DNA of 64,000 nt from assembly GCF_902652985.1 (NCBI RefSeq), contig NC_047025.1, positions 10,726,001 to 10,790,000 of the forward strand. The letters run 5' to 3'. Source of the stretch: Pecten maximus. Taxonomy: Eukaryota. Within the stretch, counting starts at the first letter, position 1. Each line of letters opens with the position of its first letter. The notes under the pieces are model-generated. The model did no database searches and had not been told where the DNA came from. It worked only from the letters and a program-made list of their open reading frames with translations. The translations under genes were made by a program, and so were the position numbers. This document shows, piece by piece, positions 62,630-64,000 of this stretch.

Positions 62630-64000
62630 GTGAGAATTACGAAAACAACAACTTTGAACAATCTAGATTTGTGGAGATCCTCGACTTCGTGAATGTTACA
62701 CTCTCATTCTGGGCAATGCAACTGAAAGTTTTGCAAATATAAATCCGACTGATATTATATCCATGCGATTGACTGTTTAAATGTATTGTCTATGTCTAGA
62801 TTTTATTGTGTTTTATATCAGGATTGTCTGAGATTTTAAAATGAGTAGATTTGATCTAAAACACGGTGTCGACAGCCTTGTACGACAAGCTAAAGGGTGG
62901 TTGTTGAATTGAATGGGGTGTTGTCTTATCCATTGTAACCCGGTCTGATATACACAGTGGACTTTAAATATACCTAAGGGATAGGCCAGTCGATATATAT
63001 ATATATATATATTAACTTAACAGAAATATCTCAGTAATTTAATAGCCTTCCACGCATCAACACAATAAACTATGTCTATAACAATATTGATGTAATGGTC
63101 CAAAAATGTTGAAATACGTTGTTGTGTAATTATAGTCTACCTAGGTAAAGTATACAGTAGTTCTTCATTATATTCAAATTTACCTGTAAACCAATGAATG
63201 ATCGTCACAAGTGAATTCCTGGGAATTGGTTCCAGTCGACTGCATGAGAACATTTTTAACGCTGTATAAATATATTGAGGATGCTTAAAATCTAGTCGAT
63301 AGGAATTATGTTTCATGAATTACAAGTAAACTGCTCTACCTGTATTTTATGTATAAGACGTTACCATGATTACCTATTGAAATGCTAACAAGCATTTTTA
63401 AAACCTCTATTCAAATGTCTAGTCAGAATTCAGTCGACCATAGTATGTTTTTTCATTAAGTGTGGCTGGTATTTCAGACGTAAGATTATGTATACACACT
63501 GTAAATGATTAATGAAAGTCATGTATACATTAAAGTATGTCAACAATGTTGTCGTTTGGTAATGTATGTACTAGTCACAGCGACTTACACATTTACAACT
63601 TATCAGGAGTCCAGGCTAATCAAAATACGAGCTAATTCCATTTAAATCACCTTACTCTGTCAGCACTATTTACATAGGTTTGTACAGATAACAGATAGGT
63701 ATACATCTGTCATTATCTTATTGGGCATGTTAAATTGTTTACATAAACATGTAAATTGGGCAAATATATACTACTAGTGTCGCTTATTGCCACTTGTAAC
63801 AAAATACTGCTCTGTGTACAGGTAAATGTGGATTGGGACACTGTCTGTTTCATTATGACACATGTACCTTGACGAAATAGACATCAGTCATTACATGTAG
63901 TACAGTGTTTGTAATGAGGCACAATACATTTAATGCTAAACTTTTGCATCTAATTATTTTACTAACTAGTCAACTGCTAGGGCCATTTTGAGATGGGATC

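Overview
AT-rich, intron-rich animal genomic DNA, most likely a bivalve mollusc (inferred from SINE/MITE content and a RING-less B-box/NHL gene). The main feature is a complete 40-exon virilizer/VIRMA (KIAA1429, m6A-writer scaffold) gene on the + strand (ATG 7115, stop 44614, about 2160 aa by manual splicing). Its 1332-nt exon 6 encodes a long Pro/Gln-rich, RE/RD-rich and RS-repeat region, and exon 31 carries an apparent +1 frameshift. An intronless B-box/coiled-coil/beta-propeller (TRIM-NHL-like) gene is nested antisense in intron 23. A convergent RNF151/NRDP1-like RING-TRAF-zinc-finger E3 ligase gene lies at 48994-49839 (-); its putative spliced 3' UTR stays in frame past the TGA. The window also holds a decayed mariner element, several SINEs and MITEs with recognisable target-site duplications, minisatellites that begin at or near splice donors, and a candidate promoter and first exon of a further gene near 62.5 kb. 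All exon calls come from manual reading of splice sites and phases; no database searches were run.
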